Shown here in pieces: positions 36,865 to 47,578 of a DNA stretch of 64,000 nucleotides (the stretch's first letter is position 1; each line of letters opens with the position of its first letter). Position numbers and translations under genes: made by a program. A model generated the notes under the pieces. The model did no database searches. It had not been told where the DNA came from and saw nothing but the letters and a program-made list of their open reading frames with translations. The stretch lies in contig CP075494.1 of the NCBI GenBank assembly GCA_021613535.1, positions 806,001 to 870,000 on the forward strand. The letters are read 5' to 3'. Source of the DNA: Adineta vaga (lineage: Eukaryota > Animalia > Rotifera).

Positions 36865-39800
36865 ATGTCGACTGAAAAGACAAGTAGATTTAATGAAATA
36901 TATGAATTTATGAAAAACTTAAATCTTTATAATGAAAATCAACATTTATCTCAAAGTGATCAATTAAGATCAACAAGAATATTTCTTTGTTTATTTCCAT
37001 ATGCCCTGCTAATTATAATTTTATTTACAAGTTTTACAATTCAACCAAAAATTGCTCTTATTAATTCTCCATCAGAAAATCAATTCAAAGAACTGTCAAT
37101 AACATATTCCACAACATTTTCATGTTTATGTCAACAAAGTTCAATAATTCAAAATGAAATAATATCATTTAATCCTTCATATCATCCGATTTGTTCAAGT
37201 CAATTTATAAATGAAACATTTCTTCTATCATTAATTTCTATAAATATGAGTGAATATTATCCAATTGATTATCGTTTAATGATTTCATCACATATTCAAT
37301 TTCTTCAAATATTTTGTCGAACAATAAAAGAAAAATTTAATATAATTTTACAAGAATTTTCTTCAAAATATTTAATTACAACACAAGTATTATCATATGA
37401 AAATTTTAATGTTCAAATGATTACACTTATCAATCAATTTCAACAACAAATGATTGCTGATTATAAACATATCAATGCTTTTATTTGGTTTAGTATTTTT
37501 TATAATGGAATTCTTTCTGGTTTACGTTGTAATATGTATATTAAAATTAGTTCAGGTTATTCTGTTTTACCAGTTAGATTTGGAAATTCATCCATTTATT
37601 GTGGTTGTAGAAGAGATGATACATGTTCATATCCAGCTTTTATTTATAATGATACAGGAAGAATTGCATTGAATAATGGTGAAATATTTGGTGTAAATAC
37701 AAATGATTTACGTATTATGTTTAGTTTACCAAATATAAAAGCTGGTTGTTTTCCATATAAATCATTACTGGATTCAACATTTGAATGTTTTTATGATCAA
37801 TCATGTTTAGATTCACTTCAAAAATATATTCCAGGATTTTCTTTAGTTGTACCATTAGAATCTTCTCAATATTCTCGTGAAACACAAATCAATGATTTAT
37901 TAAATAATTTATTAATTGAATCATGGAATGAAATCTATAATTTTAGCAGATATTATGAAATCTGTTCACCAAAATTATGTACATATTCATATGATCAATC
38001 ATTTGATAAATTATACATAATTACTTCTCTCATTAGTCTTTTTGGTGGATTGAAAATTATTTTCTTTTTCTCAGCACCATATATTGCTCGATTTCTACAA
38101 CAAATTCTTACAATAGTTTATTGTAAAAATCAAATAAGAAATATTCAAAGAAATGAAAGACAAAGTAAAAAACGAAATCTCATAAATTTTGTTCTATTTA
38201 TATCGTTTTCTCTCGGATTTTTCTAGATTTAAAAAATCGTATGATAAAAATCTATAAAAATATTCGTCAACAAATGGAAGTATATAATATGTTTCCACTT
38301 TTTCATGATATTAAAGATGGAATTTATTCGACACGTTTTTGTATTTTATTTTTAATTCTTGGTTTAATTATTTTAATCTTTTATTCATCAATTTCAACAC
38401 AAATTCGTTCAATAAATATAGAGAAACCATCATTTAATATTTATAAACAATTATTTGAACAATATTCATCAACATTAACTTGTCCATGTTCACAAATTTC
38501 AATAAAATATTCGTCAATTATTGATGTGAATGTTAATTTACATCAAATATGTTCAAGTGATTTTACTAGAACCGATGTATGGCTACTTTATAATTCAGGT
38601 CTTGGGGGAAATTTCTTGTTAAATGATTTTCGTATCGAAGGTATGGCATTATTTCGTCTTCTTCAAAAACTATGTCTCTTATCTAATGAAACAATAACAA
38701 ATGAAATTGCTGTTTTTATGAATTTGGATTTTTTTACAACTGAAGTATTGGCAAATAACACATTTCAAAGACAAACATCATCAATTATCGAACAATTTCA
38801 ACAACAGGTATGTAGTAATATCAAGAGAAATTTCAAGACTTCGGTATTTCAAACGATTCTAATCTGTCAATTCTTTCGCTGTTGTATAACAATGTAAAAC
38901 AAGTAACGCTCGTCGGACCGGCTCACTTAACCCTCGACTGTGGAGGACGGCTATTTTCAGCTTGTCTCAATAGTGAGATGAATTCATATGGCAACTCAAG
39001 ATACGAGAAAACGACTCTCATGTTATTGTTGAAATATGTATTAATCTTCGAAAACAGAATATTTACTCTTTTTTCGTGAATCAATTTCACCCACACCCTC
39101 ACCCTCAAGATGGTTCCATTTTTTGTCGTATATATCCTCCCTTCAGTCGAGGGAAAAAGAATCTTTTTCCTTATTGAGATACACAAAATTATATTCTGTG
39201 TTTATTCATTTAGACAGTTGCTTCTTTTTATGGTTTATATCAAGTTGTTCAAACATCCATTCAAGTGAACCAATTCGTATACCCAGCAAGTTTTGATTCT
39301 GCTTGGATAGGATACAAATTTAATGATAGCATACGCTTTTCTTTTACATCTCAACGTCTTTTTGATGATAATTGTTCATGTGCTATCAATAAGTTTTGTA
39401 AAACTTCTCTCAAATTTTTTTGTCTAGGAACGTGTTCAGGAAATGAAAGTACATATGGAGCAATTGTACCGGATTGGTTTACAGGTTGTTCATCCATCGA
39501 TTCACTTTCCATATCTTCATTAACATGTTTTTATAATTCATCATGTATTCAAATGCTAATTGATGGTTATTCATTAGGAATATCTGGAGTAACGATTAAT
39601 CCACGTGTAGCAAATATTACACCTTTGAATTCAATGATAAAAAGTCGTTTTACACCTTCAACAAGATTAAATGAAATTATTTCGGAATTATTTATTGAAG
39701 AATGGATTTATTCAATTAATTTTCAAAACTATTTTCAAGAATGTTCACCAAATGAATGTGTTTATAGTTATGAAGAACGTTTTAGTCTATCTTATATGAT

Positions 39801-41238
39801 TGCAAAAATAACTGGAATTATTGGTGGATTATCTGTTGCACTTAGAATATTAGTTCCTCTTTTTGTCAAATCAATTCGACGAATCTTTCGTTATTGTTGT
39901 TATTCAAATGAACAAATTGAAGACGAACATAATTATAAAACAAAATTTCTTCGTTTTATTATTCAATTTCCAAATATTCTTCAACAAATGAATTTTTATC
40001 GTACAATACGAACAAATAATGATGAAATCTTATTAACAAAACAACAACGCATTGCAACTCGATTTTATATAATTTTATTTATAATTTCAATTGGAATTCT
40101 TTTACTTTTTCTTAATTTCACTACTCAAATTAATTCAGTGAAAATTTCTTCACCAAATTTATCAACATTTGAAGAATTACAAAAGAAATATTCATCAACA
40201 TTAACATGTCCATGTTCAAACATTGCCATATCTTATTCAACATTTCTTTCTATTTATCCTTCAATTTATCATCAAATTTGTTCAAGTGATTTTATTTCAT
40301 TAGATTTCATTCGATTATTTTGGGGTACTGAAGATCAAGAAGAATATATGTTTAATTATGATAGAAAAATTCTAACTGGTTTATTTCATGCATTATCATC
40401 ATTATGTACATTAACAAAACAAATAATTGATAAAAATATAAACATATTTCTAACAAAACAATTAATTACTTTGAAAACTTTAACACATTATTCATTTGAA
40501 AATCAAATTAATTCAATTCTTGAGAATTTTATTACTCAAACATTAACTAATTTTCAATGGTTACATCATTATATTATCGATATGTTTCATGGAAATCAAT
40601 TACAAAATAAATTTAATTTAAATTGGCAAATGTCTTTATTAGATACTCAAACAGATAATATAGTAAAATCATTCCCGAAAGAATTTAATAATAATAATAA
40701 TAATAATAAATCTTGTTTATGTACAATATCACCATTGAAATGTTTTCGATCTTTACTTACAAGTTTTAATCAAACAATAAAGATACCAGGTATAGTTTTT
40801 GGTTGTTTACCTATTGATGGTCTTCGTCAATCAACACTTGAATGCTTTTATAATTCAACATGTTTAAATCAAATCACGGAATTTTTTAATATAACGAATA
40901 TTCCAAATGTTTTAAATCAATCTATATCAAGTCGGTTTTATCCAGTCACATCGGTAACAATTGGTCAATTGATCGATGAATTATTTATTGAAACATGGGA
41001 AATTTCATATAATTATTCGAATTATTATTCATTTTGTTTACCATCATCATGTGAATATAGTTATACAACAAGGAATAGTATTTCATATATGTTAACAACA
41101 TTTCTTGGTTTATATGGTGGATTAACTGTTGCATTAAAATTATTTGTTTGGTATGGTTTAACTATTTACTGGAAAATATGTCAAAATATTAATAAACATT
41201 ATCGAAAAAATCAAGTTGTATCATTGAATTCAAATTAA
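36865..41238 (+). CDS. 1301-aa membrane protein of three tandem modules, each TM - Cys-rich ectodomain - TM
   Basis: Exons 36865-38164, 38227-38807 and 39214-41238 splice in frame (phase 1, phase 0). Motifs STRxF/ATRFY, TLTCPCS, HQICSS, GCxxxxSLxxSTxECFY, LFIExW, CxPxxCxYSY, GGL recur three times. Confidence 0.88.
38931..39153. mobile_element. Intronic piggyBac-like MITE containing a telomeric half-element
   Basis: TTAA-CCCTCGACTG...CAGTCGAGGG TIRs (right TTAA not conserved); internal CACCCACACCCTCACCCTCAAGATG at 39088-39112. Confidence 0.6.
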
Positions 41239-41582
41239 TTATTAAAAAGGCGAGATACTTATATGAACAGATTTGATTTTTGTTGTGTTGTCTGCTTCTT
41301 GTAAAAATGTTCGATGACAATGTAGATATGAATGAAAGAGTATTTGCATTCTCACTTATACTATCAGGATCGTTTCAACAATCAGGTCCTGCTTTATCAG
41401 CAAATTCATTATTTTAAATACTTAAGAAAGATACATTTACAAAACCTTCGTATTATGATCTTATACAGCATCGATGTTATTAAGCATTGATTTCCAATTA
41501 TCTTAAATATCATCTGTAGTTCTCCGACTATTTCCAGCATCTCTTGCCCAAAAGACCAGGTTGGTCGACAACCCCTTCTAAA

Positions 41583-41624
41583 TGTGTGTGGGTAACAGAA
41601 GATATGAGTACCCACACCCACACC
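41583..41624. repeat. Telomeric-repeat palindrome copy at GH3 truncation point
   Basis: TGTGTGTGGGTA-ACAGAAGATATGAG-TACCCACACCCACACC. Confidence 0.8.
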
Positions 41625-42937
41625 ACGATCTGTAAATGTACGATTAATGGAAATATAATCTTTTTGATTGGTAATATATCGAATTTGAAGATGATTATCT
41701 CGACCTTTTTGCATCAATGCCGTGAGAGGATCTATAGCATAAGCTGGTCGAACAAAACTTGAACCACCACCCTGATATAATGCACTTCCAAAATCTTTAT
41801 TCCATGCTGTTTGCTCAAGGCCACAAGTCGTTTGACCAGCTGCTTGCCCATATATATAAATGTTTGTATCAACGGAAGAATTTAATGGCAATGCATTGTT
41901 GACATTTTTCAGTAATATCATACCAGCGCGACTGGCTTCTCGATTAATTATATAATTATTTTCTATCGCATTGCGATCAAGATCAACTGTTGGATAATTT
42001 TGATCTTGTCTAATAAGATAGTAAGGTGCGATAATGCGTGTAACCATATCATCAATTCTTGATTCAGGAATGCTTCTATTTTGAACAAATGATACCAAAG
42101 TATCACCCATATATCCATCGATACCGGACATATCAATATCTAGTCCTGATAAAACTGGATCAACTGTTGATGTGGATCCCATCCAATCCGTCAATTATTA
42201 ATTTCATTGGCTGAACACATAATAGAACCTACTCCAGCAGCCACACTTGATGCAAATGGCCAAAGATAAATCGCATGCATAGTTTTATCGTCAAGATTGG
42301 CTGAGTAAACTATGTCATCATTAGCATCTTTCATGACACCACTTCGATGCGTATCTTGCTCATTACAGATATAATGTTTTGCTGTAGCAACAACACCGTA
42401 ATCTTGAATACCTTGAGTATAGAAAAATGCATCTTCACCTGAAAGATATGGATCCGAACCAAATCCTTCCCAGTTACGACCATGCCGAGCATTTCGATCC
42501 ATGTTCACCATAGGACCAAGTGCATAATGCACACCTTTGCCACGAAAGTCTTTTCCAATTGCAACAGCACGTCGATAAAACAAATTTCGATGCCATGTCG
42601 CTACAATATGAATACCACTTACGAATGCAGTTGAAGATAAAACACCATCACCAACACCTGATGGTGTATCGAGAAGGCAGAAACCACTAAAATTGACACG
42701 TGGTAACGATGCAATATTGCCAGCGCATGTCCCACCGACATCTGCTGTCAAATGACATTTTTCTTCTAAGGTCAATTGTATAATAAATGATTTGGTCATG
42801 GCAATAGCTTATTTCCATGTTCTTAGTGTCACTTGTGATTGAAGATTTCTTTTGCAATTATCTATCACCGATGACATAGAGGAGAAACAAATTACAACAC
42901 AAACCAACAACAGAGGAGTCGTTAATATTTTATTCAT
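41625..42937 (-). pseudogene. GH3 beta-glucosidase pseudogene (intronless, probably of non-metazoan origin)
   Basis: GRNWEGFGSDPYL, ATAKHYICNEQ, TDW nucleophile, GLDIDM, LLKNVNNALPL. In-frame TAA at 42809-42811, deletion/frameshift near 42192, similarity ends at the palindrome. Confidence 0.88.
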
Positions 42938-43126
42938 AATAATAATGCAAATATATTTTTTGATGTACGTCAAGGTGTATATAAGTAAGCAAGAATTTTA
43001 TCTTTTATTATCAGTTTTTTCGATTTAATGTCTTTGAGGGTTAGAGTGAGAGTAAGTTTGAGGACAGAGAAGGCAAAGAGTCTAAATGGCTTAGTAAACG
43101 TTTCATCTGTCCACGAAAGGATATAG

Positions 43127-44347
43127 CTAATTGTTCAATTTATTCCACGAACTTATTAACGATATTTTCGGTACAGGAACATTAACAAGATTAATAAAAT
43201 ATTGTCTTTTTTGAGTGTCGACTTCGATAGAATTCACTTTGAATAAAGTGAACGGAAGAAGAAGTACTTCTTCTTCTCCAGGAAAAATTGATAGAGCTGG
43301 TAAATGATCATTGATTCTTGTTAAATCAATGGCAGTACAGCATTTGGTTGTAAAATGAAACATAAGTAAAACAGAAGAAAGATCCGATTTTCCTTTCTTT
43401 ATATCAATTTTAGCGAACGATTCAGCAACGTTTTTCTTTTTCGATGTCGATTGGATGGTACGAGTTTCAAGAACATAGACACTTTGTTGTGATTGTGCTG
43501 CCCATCGATAGGCATCAATATCTTTTGATTGCATCTTCGCTCCTCGATATGTTTGACCCATAAACGCCCTGTCACTTAATTCCGAAAGATGAAGAAAAAG
43601 CAATGCAGTGTAAGCATTGGCATTGGATTGTAGCATTCCATACAAAGGCGTCTCGAGGGTGTAGAGAGTAAGAAGTAAATCGATTCGACCTTTTTTCGTA
43701 AATTCATCGTAGAGATGCAAAGCTTCTTCATGACTCTTTCGATCAAGTGTACGATTTAAAAGGGCATTCAGATGTTCTCGACTTTCTATTTCGGTACGAT
43801 ATCTCAATAAATATTTAAGAGCTTTTGGAGCTCGTGCAATTGCGCTCATAAATTGAGATTCAACAGTAGCTGAAAAACCATCGTCGTATCCACATAGCCA
43901 ATCATTTGGAGTCTCAATATTTTCATAATCAGAGTGTGGATCATTACTGACACGTTGTCTTATCCGAAAAATATTATTAGGATGTGTTGTTTCGAGAAAT
44001 CGTGAAACTGATGCATTGGTTCCACAGGGTCGCGCAAATAGTGATCGTATATCTTCGGAAGCTGTCGTTGGTAGTTCCTCAGCAGCAGTTCGTCCTTGAC
44101 GATTAGCGATTGATCGAAAAACAGATGAATTTTGTAAAAGAACTTTGATAATTGCTACATGATTTAAAGAACAGGCAACTTGTAAACTTGTTTTTCCTGA
44201 ATGAGGATCAATTCTATTGATCTCACTGCTAGTCATTGTCGGCAGAAGACTTTCCACAGTTTGTAAATCGTCTGAGAGACATGCTTCATATAATTGACGA
44301 GAACGATGATAAGAAGAGGAGTTGTATTGCGAAACCTGTGAACCCAT
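43127..44347 (-). CDS. Ankyrin-repeat NAD:arginine-type ADP-ribosyltransferase (R-S-ExE), putatively myristoylated
   Basis: MGSQVS start; ankyrin GKTSLQVACSLNHVAIIKVLL; LYTLET; TYRGA; QSTSK; EEEVLLLPFTLFKV. Confidence 0.88.
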   Translation of the reverse strand: MGSQVSQYNSSSYHRSRQLYEACLSDDLQTVESLLPTMTSSEINRIDPHSGKTSLQVACSLNHVAIIKVLLQNSSVFRSIANRQGRTAAEELPTTASEDIRSLFARPCGTNASVSRFLETTHPNNIFRIRQRVSNDPHSDYENIETPNDWLCGYDDGFSATVESQFMSAIARAPKALKYLLRYRTEIESREHLNALLNRTLDRKSHEEALHLYDEFTKKGRIDLLLTLYTLETPLYGMLQSNANAYTALLFLHLSELSDRAFMGQTYRGAKMQSKDIDAYRWAAQSQQSVYVLETRTIQSTSKKKNVAESFAKIDIKKGKSDLSSVLLMFHFTTKCCTAIDLTRINDHLPALSIFPGEEEVLLLPFTLFKVNSIEVDTQKRQYFINLVNVPVPKISLISSWNKLNN

Positions 44348-44495
44348 TTTAGAAATTCTGGCTTTTCTTTTACAGTACACTTTCTTTCTGTTTGCTTTCG
44401 TCTATTTGATTTAAATTTTATTGAATATGAATCAATGTGACGAAAGCAAACAGGTATTGCAATAATTGACTTTTCTTTGCTGAAAGAGAAAACAA

Positions 44496-44519
44496 CTTGA
44501 GGGTGTGGGTGTGGGTGAG
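44496..44519 (+). repeat. Single-arm telomeric element
   Basis: CTTGAGGGTGTGGGTGTGGGTGAG with no nearby C-rich arm. Confidence 0.75.
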
Positions 44520-44822
44520 AAAAAAAATTGAATCTTTTCTTCGTATATGAAGTTGCTAGATCAATTCATCTCACTATTGGCAAACGCAGAAAATACCTGT
44601 CTTCCACAGTTGAGGGTAAAGTGAGTCGACACGACGAGCGTTACTTGTAAGTAGACGTACATGTATGTTTTTCTTCGCTTCTGTTATTTTAACATTATAT
44701 GTTTGTACAGTGCAAAATGAAATTTTTCTCCATACGGCGTCATGACGATTTTGTTTCGTCAAGATGCATGCATATAAAAGAAATGATGTTTTAATCAATT
44801 TCATTACGACAAAAAATCAACT

Positions 44823-45304
44823 ATGGGCGATAATAATGCTAACAAAAATCGAGTATGTAGCGAATTGAAAGAGTCTGCTGCCTTATGTCTTTCATATTAT
44901 AGCGATGAAGGTTTATAAATTGTCGAGAGTTTGTTGTTATATCAGAATTGAAGTATTTATTCAAATTTTATCATTGTATTTCGTGATTATGCTAAAATTG
45001 CAATAGAAACTGCTATTAAAAGAGACTTTTTGATAAATAATGATATAATGAATACAAAATTTTCGTTTATTGGAAAGGAGAAAAGTGTAATTATCTCATT
45101 TAGGTCTATCCTCAACAACCAACAATTACGCAGACATTCTATTCACCCACTCCTATTAATGATTTTCCTCCCGGATATTGGATTCCAGTGAAACAAAGAA
45201 GTCCAGAATCGGTTAAAACAATTATTTTTGTTGATCCTGCTTTCGAGAAAGCATGGATGGGTCCTTCTGATGCAACTTATCAGCAAGTTCGTAAAGTTAT
45301 TTGA
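44823..45304 (+). CDS. Small two-exon Pro-rich protein (76 aa), unknown
   Basis: MGDNNANKNR, intron 44853-45103 (GTATGT...TTTAG), then VYPQQPTITQ...QQVRKVI*; AATAAA follows. Confidence 0.5.
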
Positions 45305-45549
45305 TCAACTAGATCAAAATAAAATGTTTATCTTGCGAATGTTTTGTGACTTATATGTTCTATATTTTTAGTTGGTTACTTCGGGACGAATTCTTCAATC
45401 TCGATATAACGGAGAATACGTATGTTTGATTCTGAACAATCATATGATTACTGTATGACTTAATATAGGATAACAATATGTTCTGTTGTGGTCCTAGGTT
45501 TACGATGGAATGTCTCGATTCCTTGACTATTGAACAAGAATTAATCAAT

Positions 45550-46608
45550 ATGGACAATGATAATCGAACTGGTTCTGTAACAGAATCGATATCTTCTCAT
45601 TTAAATGCATTCAAACGTGCCTTTGTCGGTCTTTTTTTTATTTTTATCTTTTTATTACTTGGTATTGGCACGTTTATACTTGCTATAGTATATCAAGTCC
45701 GATTAAGTCATTGTGTATCTACACCTTTACTACCAATCCTCTTCTTCGTCTCTGGTTCAGGCAACATTGCTTTTTCCACCAGTCTCATTATTGTGGTATG
45801 TTTTCTTATTTTATTTTTATATCTATTCAGCGAATCGTGCAAATAAGATTTTAAAACAAATTTAAATGTTCTTATTTATTAACTCCATTGAATAAGTATT
45901 ATCTTTGTTTGAACTCATGTTTTTATTTAATATAGATTGTTCTTCGAGTCACCTGCTACTATAAAAAAAGGAAGCTGCTTCTGAAAATTGGTGGATATAT
46001 TGTCTGTGCTTACGTTATATTGTCATTGATGACACTCTGTGGAGTAAGTGAAACGCACTAAAAACTTTATTGTTTTCTATGATCTGATATTTTCACTTAA
46101 AAATCTTTCATAATGATCAGCAGATGAGAATGCATCCTACTTCACAACGTTTCGTTAGATTCTAAGAAATTGTTCAACACGCAATATTATAATCCTACTT
46201 ATGATTGTTTTAGTTCTAATCGCTCCGAACATCAATGCAACTCTTACCGATTCTGTAATTTCGTAAAAATCAGTTTCTATGACGAGATCATTCTCCGAAT
46301 TTTGACAAGAAATTTCAAAAAACGATTAGTCAATTCATTATTTTTAATTTTAGGTATCGTTAGTCATCGTTATGTCAAAAGCTGAAATTGATTGTGCGGG
46401 TAGAGTACGAATTTTTGGTTTTATTGTAGCATGTCTACCATATGTCTGGTTACTTGGTTGGAGTTTCTTAAATATTAGTGCATTTTGCTGTCGCCCTATT
46501 TGTGGAACTTCAGCAGAAAGACAAGCATTTCGTATATTGTCGAGTATTCGACGGCAAAAACTCAGAAGAAGCAGAAACTCTTCATTTATACAATGTTGTA
46601 TATCTTGA
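45550..46608 (+). CDS. Multi-exon ~4-TM membrane protein, unknown
   Basis: Hydrophobic exons near 45550-45795, 45936-46044 and 46334-46608 with GT-AG borders. Confidence 0.55.
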
Positions 46609-46777
46609 TATTCAATTCGAAGAATGCGTATATTACCTTGGATGTTTTTCAAAAACATTTTTAATTCAATCAAATAACGAAAACTTTATAATATTTTTCT
46701 AAATGTTTTTAAGTTATTATTTGAATAAATATAAATAGACAAAATTTTAGACTGAATGTAATGAGAACTAAAACAAA

Positions 46778-46820
46778 GAGGGTGTGGGTTAAGAGTATAG
46801 CCTGACGCACACCCACACCC
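46778..46820. repeat. Telomeric-repeat palindrome copy (spacer family A)
   Basis: GAGGGTGTGG-GTTAAGAGTATAGCCTGACGCAC-ACCCACACCC. Confidence 0.85.
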
Positions 46821-46822
46821 AA

Positions 46823-46915
46823 TTTGATAATCGATGGATAGGGAGAGGTGGATCAATTTCATGGGCTCCAAGGTCACCTGATATTACTTGTTTCGGTTTT
46901 TCTGTTTTGAACTAT
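46823..46915 (+). pseudogene. Tc1/mariner (IS630-like) transposase fragment
   Basis: FDNRWIGRGGSISWAPRSPDITCFGFSVLNY matches the WIGRGGxxxWPPRSPDLTPLDFFLWGY motif. Confidence 0.8.
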
Positions 46916-46921
46916 AGGATG

Positions 46922-46984
46922 TGAGGGTGTGGGTGTGGGTGTGGGTATCTCCTCTTCTTTCACACCCATACTCACACCCTCAAG
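46922..46984. repeat. Telomeric-repeat palindrome copy (spacer family B, inverted)
   Basis: TGAGGGTGTGGGTGTGGGTGTGGG-TATCTCCTCTTCTTTCA-CACCCATACTCACACCCTCAAG. Confidence 0.9.
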
Positions 46985-47578
46985 TCAAAAAAATGTTTTT
47001 CTGAGAGGGGCCTTAATCAAGTATGTTTCCGCGAATAGAATCATTTTCTTTTATTTATTTTTAGATTTTTAGATTTACATTGGACAAAGTATTGAGGTAT
47101 TGAAATAATATTTAAACTGACAAATATTTAAGAAATAAAGTTCCTATTTCTAGCACAATAAATCTTTTCTTTACATGCATTTTATGATGAGAATATCGAC
47201 AAAAACAAATCTGGATTTTTTCTCTCATTTGTTCTATAAATTCATCAACTTTTTCTAAAATCGTATAAATTTTGTTGTCTGTTAAAAAAGACTTTTTCCC
47301 GTGGTGTTTTTCACAATTACAGGCAGTTGTCGTGTTCGTATTTAATCGAATGAAAATGTTCTCATGAATAATTCGTTGTGTAAAGAGAAAAATAAATTCA
47401 CAATTATTCGATATTGATAATGGTATTTCTAAAAATACATCGAAGAACTTTATACGATCATCAAAATGCATTGTTGATACACTTGTAAAAATTTATTATA
47501 TCTAACAATTTTCTCTACTAATAAAAACTCTTCTTGATCATATAAACTTGAATTTGAAGATAAAAAAATATCATTGAA

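Noticed and set aside
43035-43060. Very degenerate TTGAGGGT.. arms (also 4160, 24336, 44600, 54012)
   Set aside because: Probably old family members, but too short or decayed to call individually.
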